Source: Nitrosopumilus sp. (GTDB lineage Archaea > Thermoproteota > Nitrososphaeria > Nitrososphaerales > Nitrosopumilaceae). From it: a stretch of 64,000 nucleotides of DNA. Below, piece after piece: positions 18,735 through 29,138 of the stretch (position 1 is its first letter; each line of letters starts with the position of its first letter). Location: contig OZ250186.1 in the NCBI GenBank assembly GCA_965238275.1, positions 416,001 to 480,000 of the forward strand, written 5' to 3'. Position numbers and translations under genes: made by a program. The notes under the pieces are model-generated. The model was not told where the DNA came from. It saw only the letters and a list, made by a program, of their open reading frames with translations, and searched no databases.

Positions 18735-19754
18735 GTGAGGACCATTGACTTTTTTTCAAGCCCCATCGGACTGGGCCACATAACTAGGGACATTGCGATT
18801 GCGGCAAACTTCAGGGATATCTCTACAAACTTTGTCACAGGGAGCGGCGCAATCAAGATCCTAGACAGCCTGGGCATCGAATCCACAGACGCATACGTTC
18901 CCCCTCCGTTTGTGGTGGAAAACGGCACCCTCAGAAACCCGGCAAGATGGCTGTGGAACTACTACAGGTACTACAAGAGATGCAAGGACATCTCACACGG
19001 CATACTGCTAAGGGACAAACCCGACATGGTAGTCAGCGACGAGGACTTTGCCTCGCTTGCAAACGCCCAGGACATGGGGATTCGGACCATACTTGTCACA
19101 GACATCCTGGAGACCCGCTTTACAGGCGGCCTGGCCTCAATAGTAGAAAAGAGGATGAACAAGTCGATGCACAGCATCATGGAAAAGGCAGAGGCAGTCA
19201 TCGTTCCCGAACACGGAGACGACAGGGACAACATAAGGATGGTCGGCCCGATCGTAAGGCGCATAGACACCCCAAGGGACAAGCTGCGGAAAAGGTTCGG
19301 GTTTGAAAGAAAGACCATACTGGTATCAATCGGCGGAACCGATGCGGGAGTATTTCTGATTGAAAAGGTACTGGAGGTGATTCCAAAAATTGATCCCGAA
19401 CTGGACATCGTCCTGGTGTCCGGTCCCGCAGTCAGCAGAAGGTTCAGGGGGGTCAGGGATCTTGGATGGGTGGACAACCTGCACGAACTGATTCTTGCCT
19501 CAGACGTCCTGATATCGCTTGCAGGAAGGTCCACCATGGACGAGGCCCAATCCTACGGCACCCCGGCCATATTCATTCCCATAAAGGGGCACTTTGAGCA
19601 GGAGGACAATGCAAAAAGGCATGGATTCTCCTTTGGGGATCTCAAAAGACTGGATGTATTGGTTGCAGAAAAACTCCAAGAACGCAGGAATCCGGTTCTG
19701 GCCAGCGGTGCAGAGAATGCAGCCAGGATAATACGGCAGGCATTCAAAGATTAA
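18735..19754 (+). CDS. GT28/MurG-like glycosyltransferase
   Basis: GLGHITR, VSIGGT, AGRSTMDEA...P...HFEQEDNA. Confidence 0.85.
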   Translation: MRTIDFFSSPIGLGHITRDIAIAANFRDISTNFVTGSGAIKILDSLGIESTDAYVPPPFVVENGTLRNPARWLWNYYRYYKRCKDISHGILLRDKPDMVVSDEDFASLANAQDMGIRTILVTDILETRFTGGLASIVEKRMNKSMHSIMEKAEAVIVPEHGDDRDNIRMVGPIVRRIDTPRDKLRKRFGFERKTILVSIGGTDAGVFLIEKVLEVIPKIDPELDIVLVSGPAVSRRFRGVRDLGWVDNLHELILASDVLISLAGRSTMDEAQSYGTPAIFIPIKGHFEQEDNAKRHGFSFGDLKRLDVLVAEKLQERRNPVLASGAENAARIIRQAFKD

Positions 19755-19783
19755 TAGAAGGTACCAAAAGTGCAGAGATTACC

Positions 19784-21199
19784 ATGACAAGACTGGTCGT
19801 AGTCAAGTTCGGCGGCAGCGCCATTGGTCCGGACGGCGCATCCATACCCCAGATTGTAAGGCGAATCGGCCAGCTGGCAAAGAACGCCAAGGTGATTGCA
19901 GTGTTTTCAGCACCGCTAACCATCCACAACGAAAAGAGGCGCTCCCTTACAGACGTAGTACTGGAGCAGGGCAGAAACGCCGAGGCAGGAACCGTCCCGT
20001 CCCTGAACCTGGCAGAATCCGCCTATCAGAGGATCCTGAACATGGTCAGCGCTGCACACAGGGACGAGTGCAGGGAGGTAATCGCCTCACACCTGGCAAA
20101 GGCGCAAAAGGCGCTGGATGAGGCCTATGAGAACAAAGGGTTTGCAGACGAGACACGCGCAAGGGCGCTGGCATTCTCAGGAGAGATCCTGATGTCCCAC
20201 GTAATGAGATACATCCTGAACAGCAATAACATGCGGGCAGATTCGGTAGGATTTGACGACTGGCCGATAATCACCGATGACAACGTAGAGTCGGCCAACT
20301 TTGTGGCCTCAGAATCCAGAAAGAGGATGGGCAGGATAACAGAGATGGTAAGGGACAACGCGATAGTTGCCATCGGCGGATTCATCGGAAGGACGACAAA
20401 CGGAATCGTCACCACGTACGAGCGGGGAGGCACTGACAGGACGGCAGTGGACCTTGGAATACTCTTCCACCGCATGTATGATACCAGCGTAGATTTTGAA
20501 AAGGACAGCGCCGTGGTATCTGCTGACCCGAAGATAGTACGGGAACATCTAAGGGACGTCCCACACATGTCATACAATGAGGCGCGGCTTGCAGGAATGT
20601 TTGGAATGAAGATTCTGGATCCAATCGCGATAAAGGAGATTGTGGAGAACGGTGTGGACATGCCAATGACCATAACGGACATGAACCGTCCGGACAGGGC
20701 CACCACCATCCAGAGGATGCCGGACACGCAGGGGACAGATCCCATCAAGATAGTGGCCGGAAAGGGAAACTGTGCAATACTTAGAATCGAGGTCCGCGCC
20801 GTTCACAGGCTGCTGGCATCTCTGGGAAACGACAAGCGCTACAGCGAGTTTGTGGTACTCTCGCCGTTCATCAAGGACGACATAGAGTTCTTTAGGATAC
20901 TGTTCCTTGACGGAGACTATGTCAGGAGGAATGAAAAGTATCTGCTCAACTTTGATCCGCTTGCGGCCATCAGGTATGACAGGGGCGTGATCACCCTGAT
21001 CGGCGATGACATGTGGAAGGTGCAGAAGGTTGTCTCAAGGACCAGTTCAAGGATAGGCCAAGAGGGGCTCAACATACTGAACATGGACGCCCAGGAGGAG
21101 ACCTCCCGGATAATCATAGTGATCGAGGATACGGGGGACAGCATCAAAAGGGCAATCATCGGGGTTCACGAAGAGATCACTGAGATTAATTCGAATTAA
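19784..21199 (+). CDS. Aspartate kinase
   Basis: VVKFGGS, GGFIG, RGGTDRTA, SADPKIV; ACT-like C-terminus. Confidence 0.9.
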   Translation: MTRLVVVKFGGSAIGPDGASIPQIVRRIGQLAKNAKVIAVFSAPLTIHNEKRRSLTDVVLEQGRNAEAGTVPSLNLAESAYQRILNMVSAAHRDECREVIASHLAKAQKALDEAYENKGFADETRARALAFSGEILMSHVMRYILNSNNMRADSVGFDDWPIITDDNVESANFVASESRKRMGRITEMVRDNAIVAIGGFIGRTTNGIVTTYERGGTDRTAVDLGILFHRMYDTSVDFEKDSAVVSADPKIVREHLRDVPHMSYNEARLAGMFGMKILDPIAIKEIVENGVDMPMTITDMNRPDRATTIQRMPDTQGTDPIKIVAGKGNCAILRIEVRAVHRLLASLGNDKRYSEFVVLSPFIKDDIEFFRILFLDGDYVRRNEKYLLNFDPLAAIRYDRGVITLIGDDMWKVQKVVSRTSSRIGQEGLNILNMDAQEETSRIIIVIEDTGDSIKRAIIGVHEEITEINSN

Positions 21200-21345
21200 G
21201 GATAAAGGCGACACGGGTTTTCACCGCGTACGCCAACAAGGGTTTATTCTTGGACCAGTATCATGATTTAGTCCGGCGTTACCCTGAACACGCGTTACCA
21301 TATGTATACGGAATGAGTATTTAGAGTTGATCTATATAGAATGTA

Positions 21346-21549
21346 TTAGACACGCTCAGCGGCATACCACAGGATGATCCCGACGCCTATAACTGCATAC
21401 CACTTGAAGTTTCTCCTGTCCGTGAAGATGTTGGGAGAGCCCAGATCGTCTCCTGCGTACGAGATGCGTATCCTTCGCATCTCAAATGCCTGGCCCACCA
21501 GCCCCACCGCAAGAAGGGCGATCGCTGCAAACCCAAGCGTCCACTCCAT
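21346..21549 (-). CDS. Small membrane protein (2 TM)
   Basis: 67-aa ORF with two hydrophobic segments. Confidence 0.65.
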   Translation of the reverse strand: MEWTLGFAAIALLAVGLVGQAFEMRRIRISYAGDDLGSPNIFTDRRNFKWYAVIGVGIILWYAAERV

Positions 21550-21675
21550 GGGACAGTTTGCGGTGCGTCTGATTTGTACCTTTCAGGGAATGATAACATC
21601 AGATGCCACCAGACACGCACAAAATGCCAATTTGATGACAATTCTTTAAATTGATCATTAGCCATCCAATTTTTC

Positions 21676-22590
21676 ATGGAAGAAGTTGGCATGATATGGA
21701 TGAACGGCAACATGGTGCCCTTCAGGGACGCAAAGATCCACGTCCTGACACACGCACTGCACTATTCCACATCGGTGTTTGAGGGAATCCGGTGCTACGA
21801 CACGCCTGACGGCTCTGCCATATTCAGGCTGCCTGAACATGTTGACAGGCTCTTCAGGTCTGCCAAGATGTACTCTATGAAGATGGAGTTTTCCAAGGAG
21901 GAGATTACCGATGCCATTATCGACACTGTCAGGGCCAGCGGACTCAGGGAGGCATACATCAGGCCCCTGGCATACTACGGGTACGGGCAGTTGGGGCTGA
22001 CCCCCACGCCGAACAAGGTGGACGTGGCAGTTGCATGCTGGGAGTGGAAGATGGGTGAGACTGATGCAGGCAAGTTCTCCGGGGCAAGATGCAAGATCTC
22101 CAGCTGGGCAAAGATCGATTCCAGGTCCCAACCCATGCAGGCAAAGGCCGCCTCAAACTATGCAAATGCCGCACTTGCAAGGATGGAGGCACTCAACAAC
22201 GGATACGACGAGGCAGTAATGCTAAACCTGCACGGAAAGGTTGCAGAGTGCAGCGTAGAGAACATCTTTATCGTAAAGGATTCCGTCATTGTGACGCCGC
22301 CGCTTACTGCAGGAGGGCTAAACGGCATAACAAGGAACAGCCTGTTCCAGATCGCCGAAGGGGACGGCAGGGAGATACAGGAGAGGGATCTTGACAGGGA
22401 CGACCTGTATGATGCAGACGAGATATTCATGACAGGTACCGCAGCCGAGGTAAAGTCAGTTACCCAGGTCGACGAGATAACGATAGGGAACGGGGAGATT
22501 GGGGAGACTACCAAAAGACTGCAGGGACTGTTTACGGATGCCGTAATGGGCAGGAACCAGAAGTTCCGCTCGTGGCTGAGATTCGTCTGA
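21676..22590 (+). CDS. ilvE: Branched-chain amino acid aminotransferase
   Basis: HALHYSTSVFEG, AKAASNY, LNGITR, GTAAEV. Confidence 0.95.
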   Translation: MEEVGMIWMNGNMVPFRDAKIHVLTHALHYSTSVFEGIRCYDTPDGSAIFRLPEHVDRLFRSAKMYSMKMEFSKEEITDAIIDTVRASGLREAYIRPLAYYGYGQLGLTPTPNKVDVAVACWEWKMGETDAGKFSGARCKISSWAKIDSRSQPMQAKAASNYANAALARMEALNNGYDEAVMLNLHGKVAECSVENIFIVKDSVIVTPPLTAGGLNGITRNSLFQIAEGDGREIQERDLDRDDLYDADEIFMTGTAAEVKSVTQVDEITIGNGEIGETTKRLQGLFTDAVMGRNQKFRSWLRFV

Positions 22591-22631
22591 CCGGCGATCT
22601 TTTTTATTCAGAGATTCCCACACAGAATATC

Positions 22632-22811
22632 ATGGATTCGTGCACGCCTGGCGACACCGAAAAGATCTGCTGGTTCTGCAGGAAGGGACGCCATGAGGAC
22701 TGCATGGGAGAGATTCCGACGCAGGAGAGATCAGACGGGCCGCACGACTGCGCCTTTGGGACCAGCATGGTTCCATGCAAATGCAATGTGTGCATGCGGC
22801 CTGCGCCATAG
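22632..22811 (+). CDS. Small Cys/His-rich putative metal-binding protein
   Basis: CWFC...H..C and CKCNVC in 59 aa. Confidence 0.5.
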   Translation: MDSCTPGDTEKICWFCRKGRHEDCMGEIPTQERSDGPHDCAFGTSMVPCKCNVCMRPAP

Positions 22812-22889
22812 AGGGGGGACCCCATACCGTCCTGAAATGGTGTGCCCGTCCTTGGAGGGAGGCAGTCTCCCAATCATGCAACACCGTGC

Positions 22890-23657
22890 CTAGCACCCAT
22901 GCTCCTCTTTCAGATATGAGAACGAGTCGTTGATCTTGGCCATGATTCTGTTTGATCTCTTTTTTTCCGGTGCAGATTTGTGTATGATTCCCTTTGAGGC
23001 GTCATATTTTTTTGCCAGCTCCCTGTATCTTGTCTTGATCTCATGGCATGTGGCATTTTTTGATATGCTGAATATTTCGTGTGGGGTTTTGGCACGCAGG
23101 ATTCTGTCAGCCTCGGTCAGCTGCTCTGCGGGCCTTTTTGGGGGCGTAGTCTGCTGCCGCCCCTTCGGCACAGAACCGTAATCATTTCCAGGAATACTGC
23201 CAAACCGGTTGTGGGAATCACGCAGTGTTCTGGCTACTTCATCCAGGATATCATACGGTATCCCTTCAAAGGTGTCATCATCAAAGTATGACTGGGATGT
23301 TTCCTTCTTGGCCTTTTGTTCTGTTGCCTGTTCTGTTTTCTGGTCTGCTTTCTGATCTTTTTCCTGTTTGGTTTTCTGGCTGGTTTTCTGGCTGGTTTTC
23401 TGGCTGGTTTTCTGGCTGGTTTTCTGGCTGGTTTTCTGGCTGGTTTTCTGGCTGGTTTTCTGGCTGGTTTTCTGGCTTGCTTTTTGTTGGGAACCGTACT
23501 CTCCCTCATGCAGGTTGTGTCTAATGCCCATTCGATTCATTGCACATCTGGAATCATCACACGGATTGGTCACGGGCGTGTTCTCAATGATGTGATGTGG
23601 CTCATGATATATTCCCTGCCTGTTTAGCGGACATTTTGGATCATCGCAGGTGGACAT
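22890..23657 (-). CDS. J-domain-like protein with two N-terminal Cys/His repeats and an SQKT repeat linker
   Basis: C-term PHEIFSI...EIKTRYRELAKKY...MAKINDSFSYL; N-term CDDxxCxxN...H..H twice. Confidence 0.75.
   Translation of the reverse strand: MSTCDDPKCPLNRQGIYHEPHHIIENTPVTNPCDDSRCAMNRMGIRHNLHEGEYGSQQKASQKTSQKTSQKTSQKTSQKTSQKTSQKTSQKTSQKTKQEKDQKADQKTEQATEQKAKKETSQSYFDDDTFEGIPYDILDEVARTLRDSHNRFGSIPGNDYGSVPKGRQQTTPPKRPAEQLTEADRILRAKTPHEIFSISKNATCHEIKTRYRELAKKYDASKGIIHKSAPEKKRSNRIMAKINDSFSYLKEEHGC
23370..23477 (+). repeat. 12-bp perfect tandem repeat x9 (ggttttctggct), encoding SQKT
   Basis: Read directly from the sequence. Confidence 0.95.
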
Positions 23658-23850
23658 TATACAGAATTGCCAGAACTCAGAAATAGGTGTTTTTAGGAGC
23701 CATGCAGCAGGCACCATGAGATAGCAGAAGTCCATTCATGCAGACATGTTACCATGGTATGGCTTCAATGCTGCCTCAGTCATCCCTGCAGTCACCTGCC
23801 GGATATTCCAAGACAATTAGCATCAAATAGTGTCCCAATCCAAGGAATGC

Positions 23851-24405
23851 ATGGAATACGACAAGGAGTTCTGGGATGCCTATGCAGAGGGCAACGAATC
23901 ACGGTACAACGAGGAGTTTGCAAAGTTTGTCAAAGACCTTGCAGGCTCGCTGCGCTGCACGAGCGTCCTTGAGATCGGATGCGGCACGGGAATCGACCTG
24001 AGATTATTTCCGGATACCTTCCAGGTTACGGGAATCGACCTGAATGATTCGGCCCTTGCAGTTGCAAGGGACAAGATGCCGTCGGCTACCTTTGAGACGG
24101 GCTCCATTGCAGACCTGCCCTTTGAGGACTCTTCTGTGGACTTTGTCTTTACGCACCAGCTTCTAAACTACCTAGACGATGACACCCTAGAGAAGGGCGT
24201 AGCCGAGATGTACAGGGTGGCAAAAAGATACGTCATGAACTGCGAAAAGTACTCCCCCACAGAGGAATGGATTGATGACCACCACAGGTACCGCAACATG
24301 CTAGAGCGATGGATGAACTACAGGGTAAGAATGGTAAGCAACGTGGACATGCATGAGGATATCGACCCGAACAAGTCCAGGTTCACCCTGCTCAGAAAAC
24401 TCTAG
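23851..24405 (+). CDS. Class I SAM-dependent methyltransferase
   Basis: VLEIGCGTG, GIDLN, LPFEDSSVDFVF. Confidence 0.9.
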   Translation: MEYDKEFWDAYAEGNESRYNEEFAKFVKDLAGSLRCTSVLEIGCGTGIDLRLFPDTFQVTGIDLNDSALAVARDKMPSATFETGSIADLPFEDSSVDFVFTHQLLNYLDDDTLEKGVAEMYRVAKRYVMNCEKYSPTEEWIDDHHRYRNMLERWMNYRVRMVSNVDMHEDIDPNKSRFTLLRKL

Positions 24406-24469
24406 CGGTACCTGCCACGTCAGTACCTGCCACACCAGAACAGGCATGCCCGGGACTCGTGCAGTGCGG

Positions 24470-25324
24470 CTATGAGTTGTGGGATATCTTTGAGGGCTCC
24501 CGGATCTGCACCTTTGATATCAGTCCCAGGGAGCGGCATGCAAGCGTCCCAAGAAGGATGGCCACGGTAATCATCACTATGGTTCCGGACGGGGCAATAT
24601 CTAGATAGTACGAAAGGATGATTCCAAATGCCGCAGAGAAGACTGACATGGATACGGATATTCCCACCGTCCTCTTGAATCCCATCCCAAACAGCATTGC
24701 AGTGATGTTCGGGATTACAATCAGTGCAGAGATCAGCAGTATTCCCACCAGCCGCATGGACGTTACCACCGTCACAGATGCTAGCACCACAAACAGATAG
24801 TTCAGCAGTGTCACGTTGAGGCCGGATATCCTTGCATGCTCCTCGTTAAATGAGATGTGCAGAAACGGCCTGCGAAACGCAAAGAGGACAGCCACGATCC
24901 CCGCACTTATCGCAGCAATCAGTATGACATCAGAGGTGCTGACAAGCAGTATGCTCCCAAACAGAAAGCTGAACAGATCCACTGAGAATCCCCCGGATGC
25001 GCTGGTCAGTATTACCCCAACTGCAAGACCCGACACAAGGACCACGGCAACTGCCGAATCGCCGGATATCTTTGTGCTGGAGCGCAGCTTCTGAAGTCCC
25101 AGACCGCCAATAATGGACACCACAAACGCACTCCACAGCGGAAACACGCCCAGGAACAGTCCCACGGATATTCCCCCAAATGCCACGTGGGCTATCCCGT
25201 CGCCAAACAGCGAGTACCTTCTCAGCACCAGAAAGATGCCCATGAAGGAGCATGCGACTGCGACTGCAACGCCTGCAAGGAGTGCCTTTTGCATGAACCC
25301 GTATGATAAAATCTCAAGTACCAT
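24470..25324 (-). CDS. znuB: Metal (Zn/Mn) ABC transporter permease
   Basis: LRRYSLFGDGIAH, LFGSILLV; multi-TM. Confidence 0.88.
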   Translation of the reverse strand: MVLEILSYGFMQKALLAGVAVAVACSFMGIFLVLRRYSLFGDGIAHVAFGGISVGLFLGVFPLWSAFVVSIIGGLGLQKLRSSTKISGDSAVAVVLVSGLAVGVILTSASGGFSVDLFSFLFGSILLVSTSDVILIAAISAGIVAVLFAFRRPFLHISFNEEHARISGLNVTLLNYLFVVLASVTVVTSMRLVGILLISALIVIPNITAMLFGMGFKRTVGISVSMSVFSAAFGIILSYYLDIAPSGTIVMITVAILLGTLACRSLGLISKVQIREPSKISHNS

Positions 25325-25328
25325 GTCC

Positions 25329-26123
25329 CTAGTGCCCGTGCATGTGCGCCTGCATTGCAGACTCTGTGTACGTCTTTAGAATGTCCTCGTCTGCAAAAAA
25401 ATCCTCCTTGTGGCCGTGAAAGAAGAGCTGCCGGTTCATGCATGCAACCTTGCTTGCGTACTTTTCCAACGCGTCAAGATCGTGCGAGGACCATATTATG
25501 GTGGTTCCGTTCCGGTTAATCTCAGTCACCGCATCATAGAATCTTGTCTGGGATTCGACATCAACGCTTGTAACCGGCTCGTCAAGCACCAGGATCAGCG
25601 GATCGTTTATCAGCGACGTTGCAATAAACACCCGCTGCTGCTCCCCGCTTGAGAGCTCCCCTATTCTGCGATGCCCAAGATGCCCCAGTCGGACAGTCTT
25701 GAGCACCTCCTCAACCCGGGAATCGGTTCTGTCTATGTCCCGGTATGGATGGTTCCAGGAGTAGCCGTTGTCCCTTACCAGTTCTTCCCCCCTTGCCACC
25801 CTCTTCTTGGGTATGATTCCCATGGAGACGATATCATGTACGGTTGCAGGAAAGTTTGGCTCAAATGCAACCTTCTGCGGCACGTACCCCACAAGTGGCA
25901 AAATCGACTGGAACTTGTCACGGCCATACCCGAAGATGCTTATGGTTCCGCTGTACGGCTGCAACCCAAAGATGGCGTGAAACATCGTGGTTTTTCCAGA
26001 ACCGTTGGGCCCCACTATCCCCAGAAGATCCCCCGCATCCACGTCAAAGCTGATGTCATCGACTGCCACATAAGCGCCGTACGAAACTGTGAGATTCTGC
26101 ACGTGGAGGATGCTCATTGGCAT
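25329..26123 (-). CDS. znuC: Metal ABC transporter ATPase
   Basis: Walker A GPNGSGKT, signature LSSGEQQR, LDEP, SHDL. Confidence 0.88.
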   Translation of the reverse strand: MPMSILHVQNLTVSYGAYVAVDDISFDVDAGDLLGIVGPNGSGKTTMFHAIFGLQPYSGTISIFGYGRDKFQSILPLVGYVPQKVAFEPNFPATVHDIVSMGIIPKKRVARGEELVRDNGYSWNHPYRDIDRTDSRVEEVLKTVRLGHLGHRRIGELSSGEQQRVFIATSLINDPLILVLDEPVTSVDVESQTRFYDAVTEINRNGTTIIWSSHDLDALEKYASKVACMNRQLFFHGHKEDFFADEDILKTYTESAMQAHMHGH

Positions 26124-27040
26124 TCCAGCGCACCTCTGAGCGATATTAGGTTCTGTTCCATCTTGTCAATAAACGTGATGCCGGCTGATGACTCCTCGGG
26201 CGTGAGTGCCTCGACCGGACTCAGTACAAGTACGTCGGCTCCTGCCTCCTCTGCAATGGCCTCGGCAAGCCGGGGATCAACCAGATCCTCAGAGAAGATT
26301 ACCCGGATGTCATTATTTCTTACAAAGTCTATAAACTCTGCAATCTCGGCGGCAGACGCCTCCGTATCAGGCGCCTGTCCTCCCAGAGGAACTATCCTGA
26401 CATCGTACCGCTCTCCAAAGTATGCAAAGGCGTTATGGAACGGAACGATGGTATCCTGCCGGCAGTCTGCCAGTGTCTCCCGAATCAGGGCATCAAGGGA
26501 GTCAAGCTTGGCGTTGTAGTCTGCGGCATTCTGGAAATAGTATGACTCATTGTCAGGGTCTGCCAGGGCCAGCCCGTCCCGTATGTTGTCTACCTGCTGC
26601 CTTACAAGTATGGGATCCAGCCACACGTGGGGATCAAAATTGTGGTCATCTTCTGCACCCAGAAGAGCAATACCGTCTGTTGCCTTGACAAACAGCATTC
26701 CGTCAAACTCACCTGACTCGATCAAGCTTGAGACATACGGCTCTATTCCAAGCCCGTTGTAGACAAATACGTCCGTATCCTCCAGCAAGAGTATCTCGCC
26801 TGCCCTAGGCTCCCAGTCATGAGCCTCTGTTCCCGGGGGAAGGTACTGCTCCACGATGGCACGGTCCCCTGCGACGTTTCTTGCAAACTCGTAGTATGGA
26901 AAGAACGATGCGAACACGCGAATCTTCTCTGACTCTTCTGGAACGGTTTCATCAGATGCAGGCTGCATGCCAAGCGCTACTGCAAGTACGGCTCCAAGTA
27001 TCGCTACGATACCTGCCCCCACATAGCGCTTGTCCGGCAT
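26114..27040 (-). CDS. znuA: Metal ABC transporter substrate-binding protein
   Basis: EAHDWEP, DPHVWLDP, HNAFAYF. Confidence 0.88.
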   Translation of the reverse strand: MPDKRYVGAGIVAILGAVLAVALGMQPASDETVPEESEKIRVFASFFPYYEFARNVAGDRAIVEQYLPPGTEAHDWEPRAGEILLLEDTDVFVYNGLGIEPYVSSLIESGEFDGMLFVKATDGIALLGAEDDHNFDPHVWLDPILVRQQVDNIRDGLALADPDNESYYFQNAADYNAKLDSLDALIRETLADCRQDTIVPFHNAFAYFGERYDVRIVPLGGQAPDTEASAAEIAEFIDFVRNNDIRVIFSEDLVDPRLAEAIAEEAGADVLVLSPVEALTPEESSAGITFIDKMEQNLISLRGALECQ

Positions 27041-27049
27041 GTCCCATTT

Positions 27050-27174
27050 TTATTAACACCACATATAAGTTTAATAAGAATTATTAGGGATTCATGTATT
27101 TTTAATCATTTATTGTTTGCCGTAAATATAAGGATTATTAAAATTATCTGGCAGGTTTAAATAATGATTAATAA
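27050..27174. promoter_or_regulatory. Divergent promoter region with candidate operator inverted repeats
   Basis: TTATTAA-N14-TTAATAA (27050-27077), TAATAA-N3-TTATTA (27072-27086), TTATTAA...TTAATAA (27135-27174). Confidence 0.4.
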
Positions 27175-27186
27175 GAATACCAGCAG

Positions 27187-27570
27187 ATGCCCATAGTCTC
27201 AATATCACTAAACGACAAGATGCTAGGCGATCTTGACGGCCTTCAGGAATCCATGGGGTTCACGGGGCGCTCAGAGATTATCAGGGCCGGCATCCGGAGC
27301 TTTGTCCAGGAGGAGAAGGAAAAGGGCGGCATGAGCGGCATGCAAAGCGCCGTGCTGCTGGTGGTTCATGCAGACGAGTTTGATGACCAGGTTGCAAGGA
27401 TAAAGCACAAGTACGAGGATCTGATACGGACACATCTGCACAACAAGATAGACGGGGACAGGTGCGTGGAGATGTTCCTGCTAGACGGGGACTCTGAGAG
27501 GGTTCACGAGATAACGTACGGGTTTCAGACTGACAAAAGGATGGACACGGTAAAGCTGGTGGCCCTCTGA
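27187..27570 (+). CDS. NikR/CopG-family ribbon-helix-helix metalloregulator
   Basis: IVSISL...GFTGRSEIIR RHH; HLH...C.E C-terminal domain; divergent from the znu genes. Confidence 0.85.
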   Translation: MPIVSISLNDKMLGDLDGLQESMGFTGRSEIIRAGIRSFVQEEKEKGGMSGMQSAVLLVVHADEFDDQVARIKHKYEDLIRTHLHNKIDGDRCVEMFLLDGDSERVHEITYGFQTDKRMDTVKLVAL

Positions 27571-27586
27571 CACACATGGGGGATTG

Positions 27587-29005
27587 TCAGGGCAGAGATA
27601 TGGTGTTGAAACCATAGTCCCGGCATGTGTCGTAGTGGTTTTTTATCTCAGGCTCCCAGCCGTGACGCGCATCCAGCATGTTCAGGGATCTTCTTAGCGG
27701 GGCGATGGTGTCATAGTATTTGGTGTTCCGGTGGATGAGGCTCTGCAGGAACTTGTCCTGCGGAAGCGAGTTGCTCTTTTTGCAGTTGCATTTCTGGCAC
27801 GCCAGAACCAGATTCCATGCGCTGTCATCAAAGATGTACGACCACGGGATAAAGTGGTCCACATGGATGTAGTCATTCTCCAGCCTACCTTTACAGTAAA
27901 AGCAGTGGCTGGTGTGTTTTAAGAAGAGTCTTCTGTATCCGGTGAGCTGGCCCCTGGCAGACTCGTCCATGTGGATCTTTGCCAGTAGTCTTGGCAGGCC
28001 TATGTTTGTCCGCTCAAGAAATCTAGTCCATTCTGCAAGGACTGTCCCCATGAGTATGCCGTGATTTTCCCTGAAGAATTCAAAGGCCTCGGGCCTGAGG
28101 CGGATCATCTTGGTATCATCACTGTAGTCGTAAAAGATGCGATTTTCCTGTGATCTCTGACCTACCTTGATTTTTTGGAACCGGGGCACGACCATGGATG
28201 TCTTGCTTCTTGCGTGCCCGAAGACGGTTCTGAGTATCCTCTGTTTTGCTCTTGCTTTGTCGGCTGTATTAAGACCAGCAAAGCTGCCCGGAGTGTTTTT
28301 GCCAAAGACGTCTCTAATTACCTGAACCACCTTTGGCGTGCTCTTGGTGTGAAAGTCCTGTTTTATCTTAAATCTGCACTCCTGATGCCAGTAGTATTGC
28401 AGGAATTTTTCGGAGAGTTGCTCGTATGGTATCTCCAGAGAGTATTTCATACCATTGGACTCCCGACAATGATCCAGGATGGCTCTGGCAAGGGCAAACT
28501 TGTATGTGTTGTCTTTGACCCCCTTGGTAAGTATTGACAGGAATGCCTGCCTCATCTGTGCCTCCGAGGCAGTACCCCTGTCGGGTTGGACCAGATGTGC
28601 AGAAGACCGTGAATCGTAGCTCATCTCTGGCATGTCTTGTGGATGGGTAGCTGGCCGTACGAGCCTGAATATCCCATACCGTTTGCCGGGGTTCAGGTCT
28701 GCTATGGTTCCATTCTTCCTAAGCTTGGAGAGATACTGGGATGTGGCGTTGGAAAAGTCGCTTGAGTGCCTGGTAGGTCCCCATACATCAGGATGCAGTT
28801 TCAGGATTCGTGCCACAGACTCGTCAAGCTGTTTTTTGCGGTGCCAGACGGCCATGTTTCTGGGGCCTTTTTGGGGGGGTGCCGCCAGATATCTGCTGCC
28901 GTGCTCCTCCTCAAGATCTTCTACGGTTCTGCCATTCCTGTTCAGAATATACATGACTGCATCCGGAATCTGATCGTATGGAATCTGGTTTTGGGTGCCT
29001 GCCAT
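27587..29005 (-). CDS. HNH endonuclease domain protein (restriction-like)
   Basis: CFYC...HVDHFIPWS...WNLVLACQKCNCKKSN; NTYKFALARAI. Confidence 0.85.
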   Translation of the reverse strand: MAGTQNQIPYDQIPDAVMYILNRNGRTVEDLEEEHGSRYLAAPPQKGPRNMAVWHRKKQLDESVARILKLHPDVWGPTRHSSDFSNATSQYLSKLRKNGTIADLNPGKRYGIFRLVRPATHPQDMPEMSYDSRSSAHLVQPDRGTASEAQMRQAFLSILTKGVKDNTYKFALARAILDHCRESNGMKYSLEIPYEQLSEKFLQYYWHQECRFKIKQDFHTKSTPKVVQVIRDVFGKNTPGSFAGLNTADKARAKQRILRTVFGHARSKTSMVVPRFQKIKVGQRSQENRIFYDYSDDTKMIRLRPEAFEFFRENHGILMGTVLAEWTRFLERTNIGLPRLLAKIHMDESARGQLTGYRRLFLKHTSHCFYCKGRLENDYIHVDHFIPWSYIFDDSAWNLVLACQKCNCKKSNSLPQDKFLQSLIHRNTKYYDTIAPLRRSLNMLDARHGWEPEIKNHYDTCRDYGFNTISLP

Positions 29006-29138
29006 GACTAAGCGTGTGAGATTCGGCTTAAAAAAATAGCGAATAGGCAGATGGGATGGGCCAGTTTTAGATGCAGGGTTTTGTATGACATGGATAAGCA
29101 GACAGGAAGGTACGGAACGGGCGGATATTCAGGGATGA

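Noticed and set aside
23225-23627. Plus-strand ORFs with GFLA, WFSG or VFWL repeats
   Set aside because: They are shadows of the 12-bp repeat; the minus-strand frame carries the recognisable domains.
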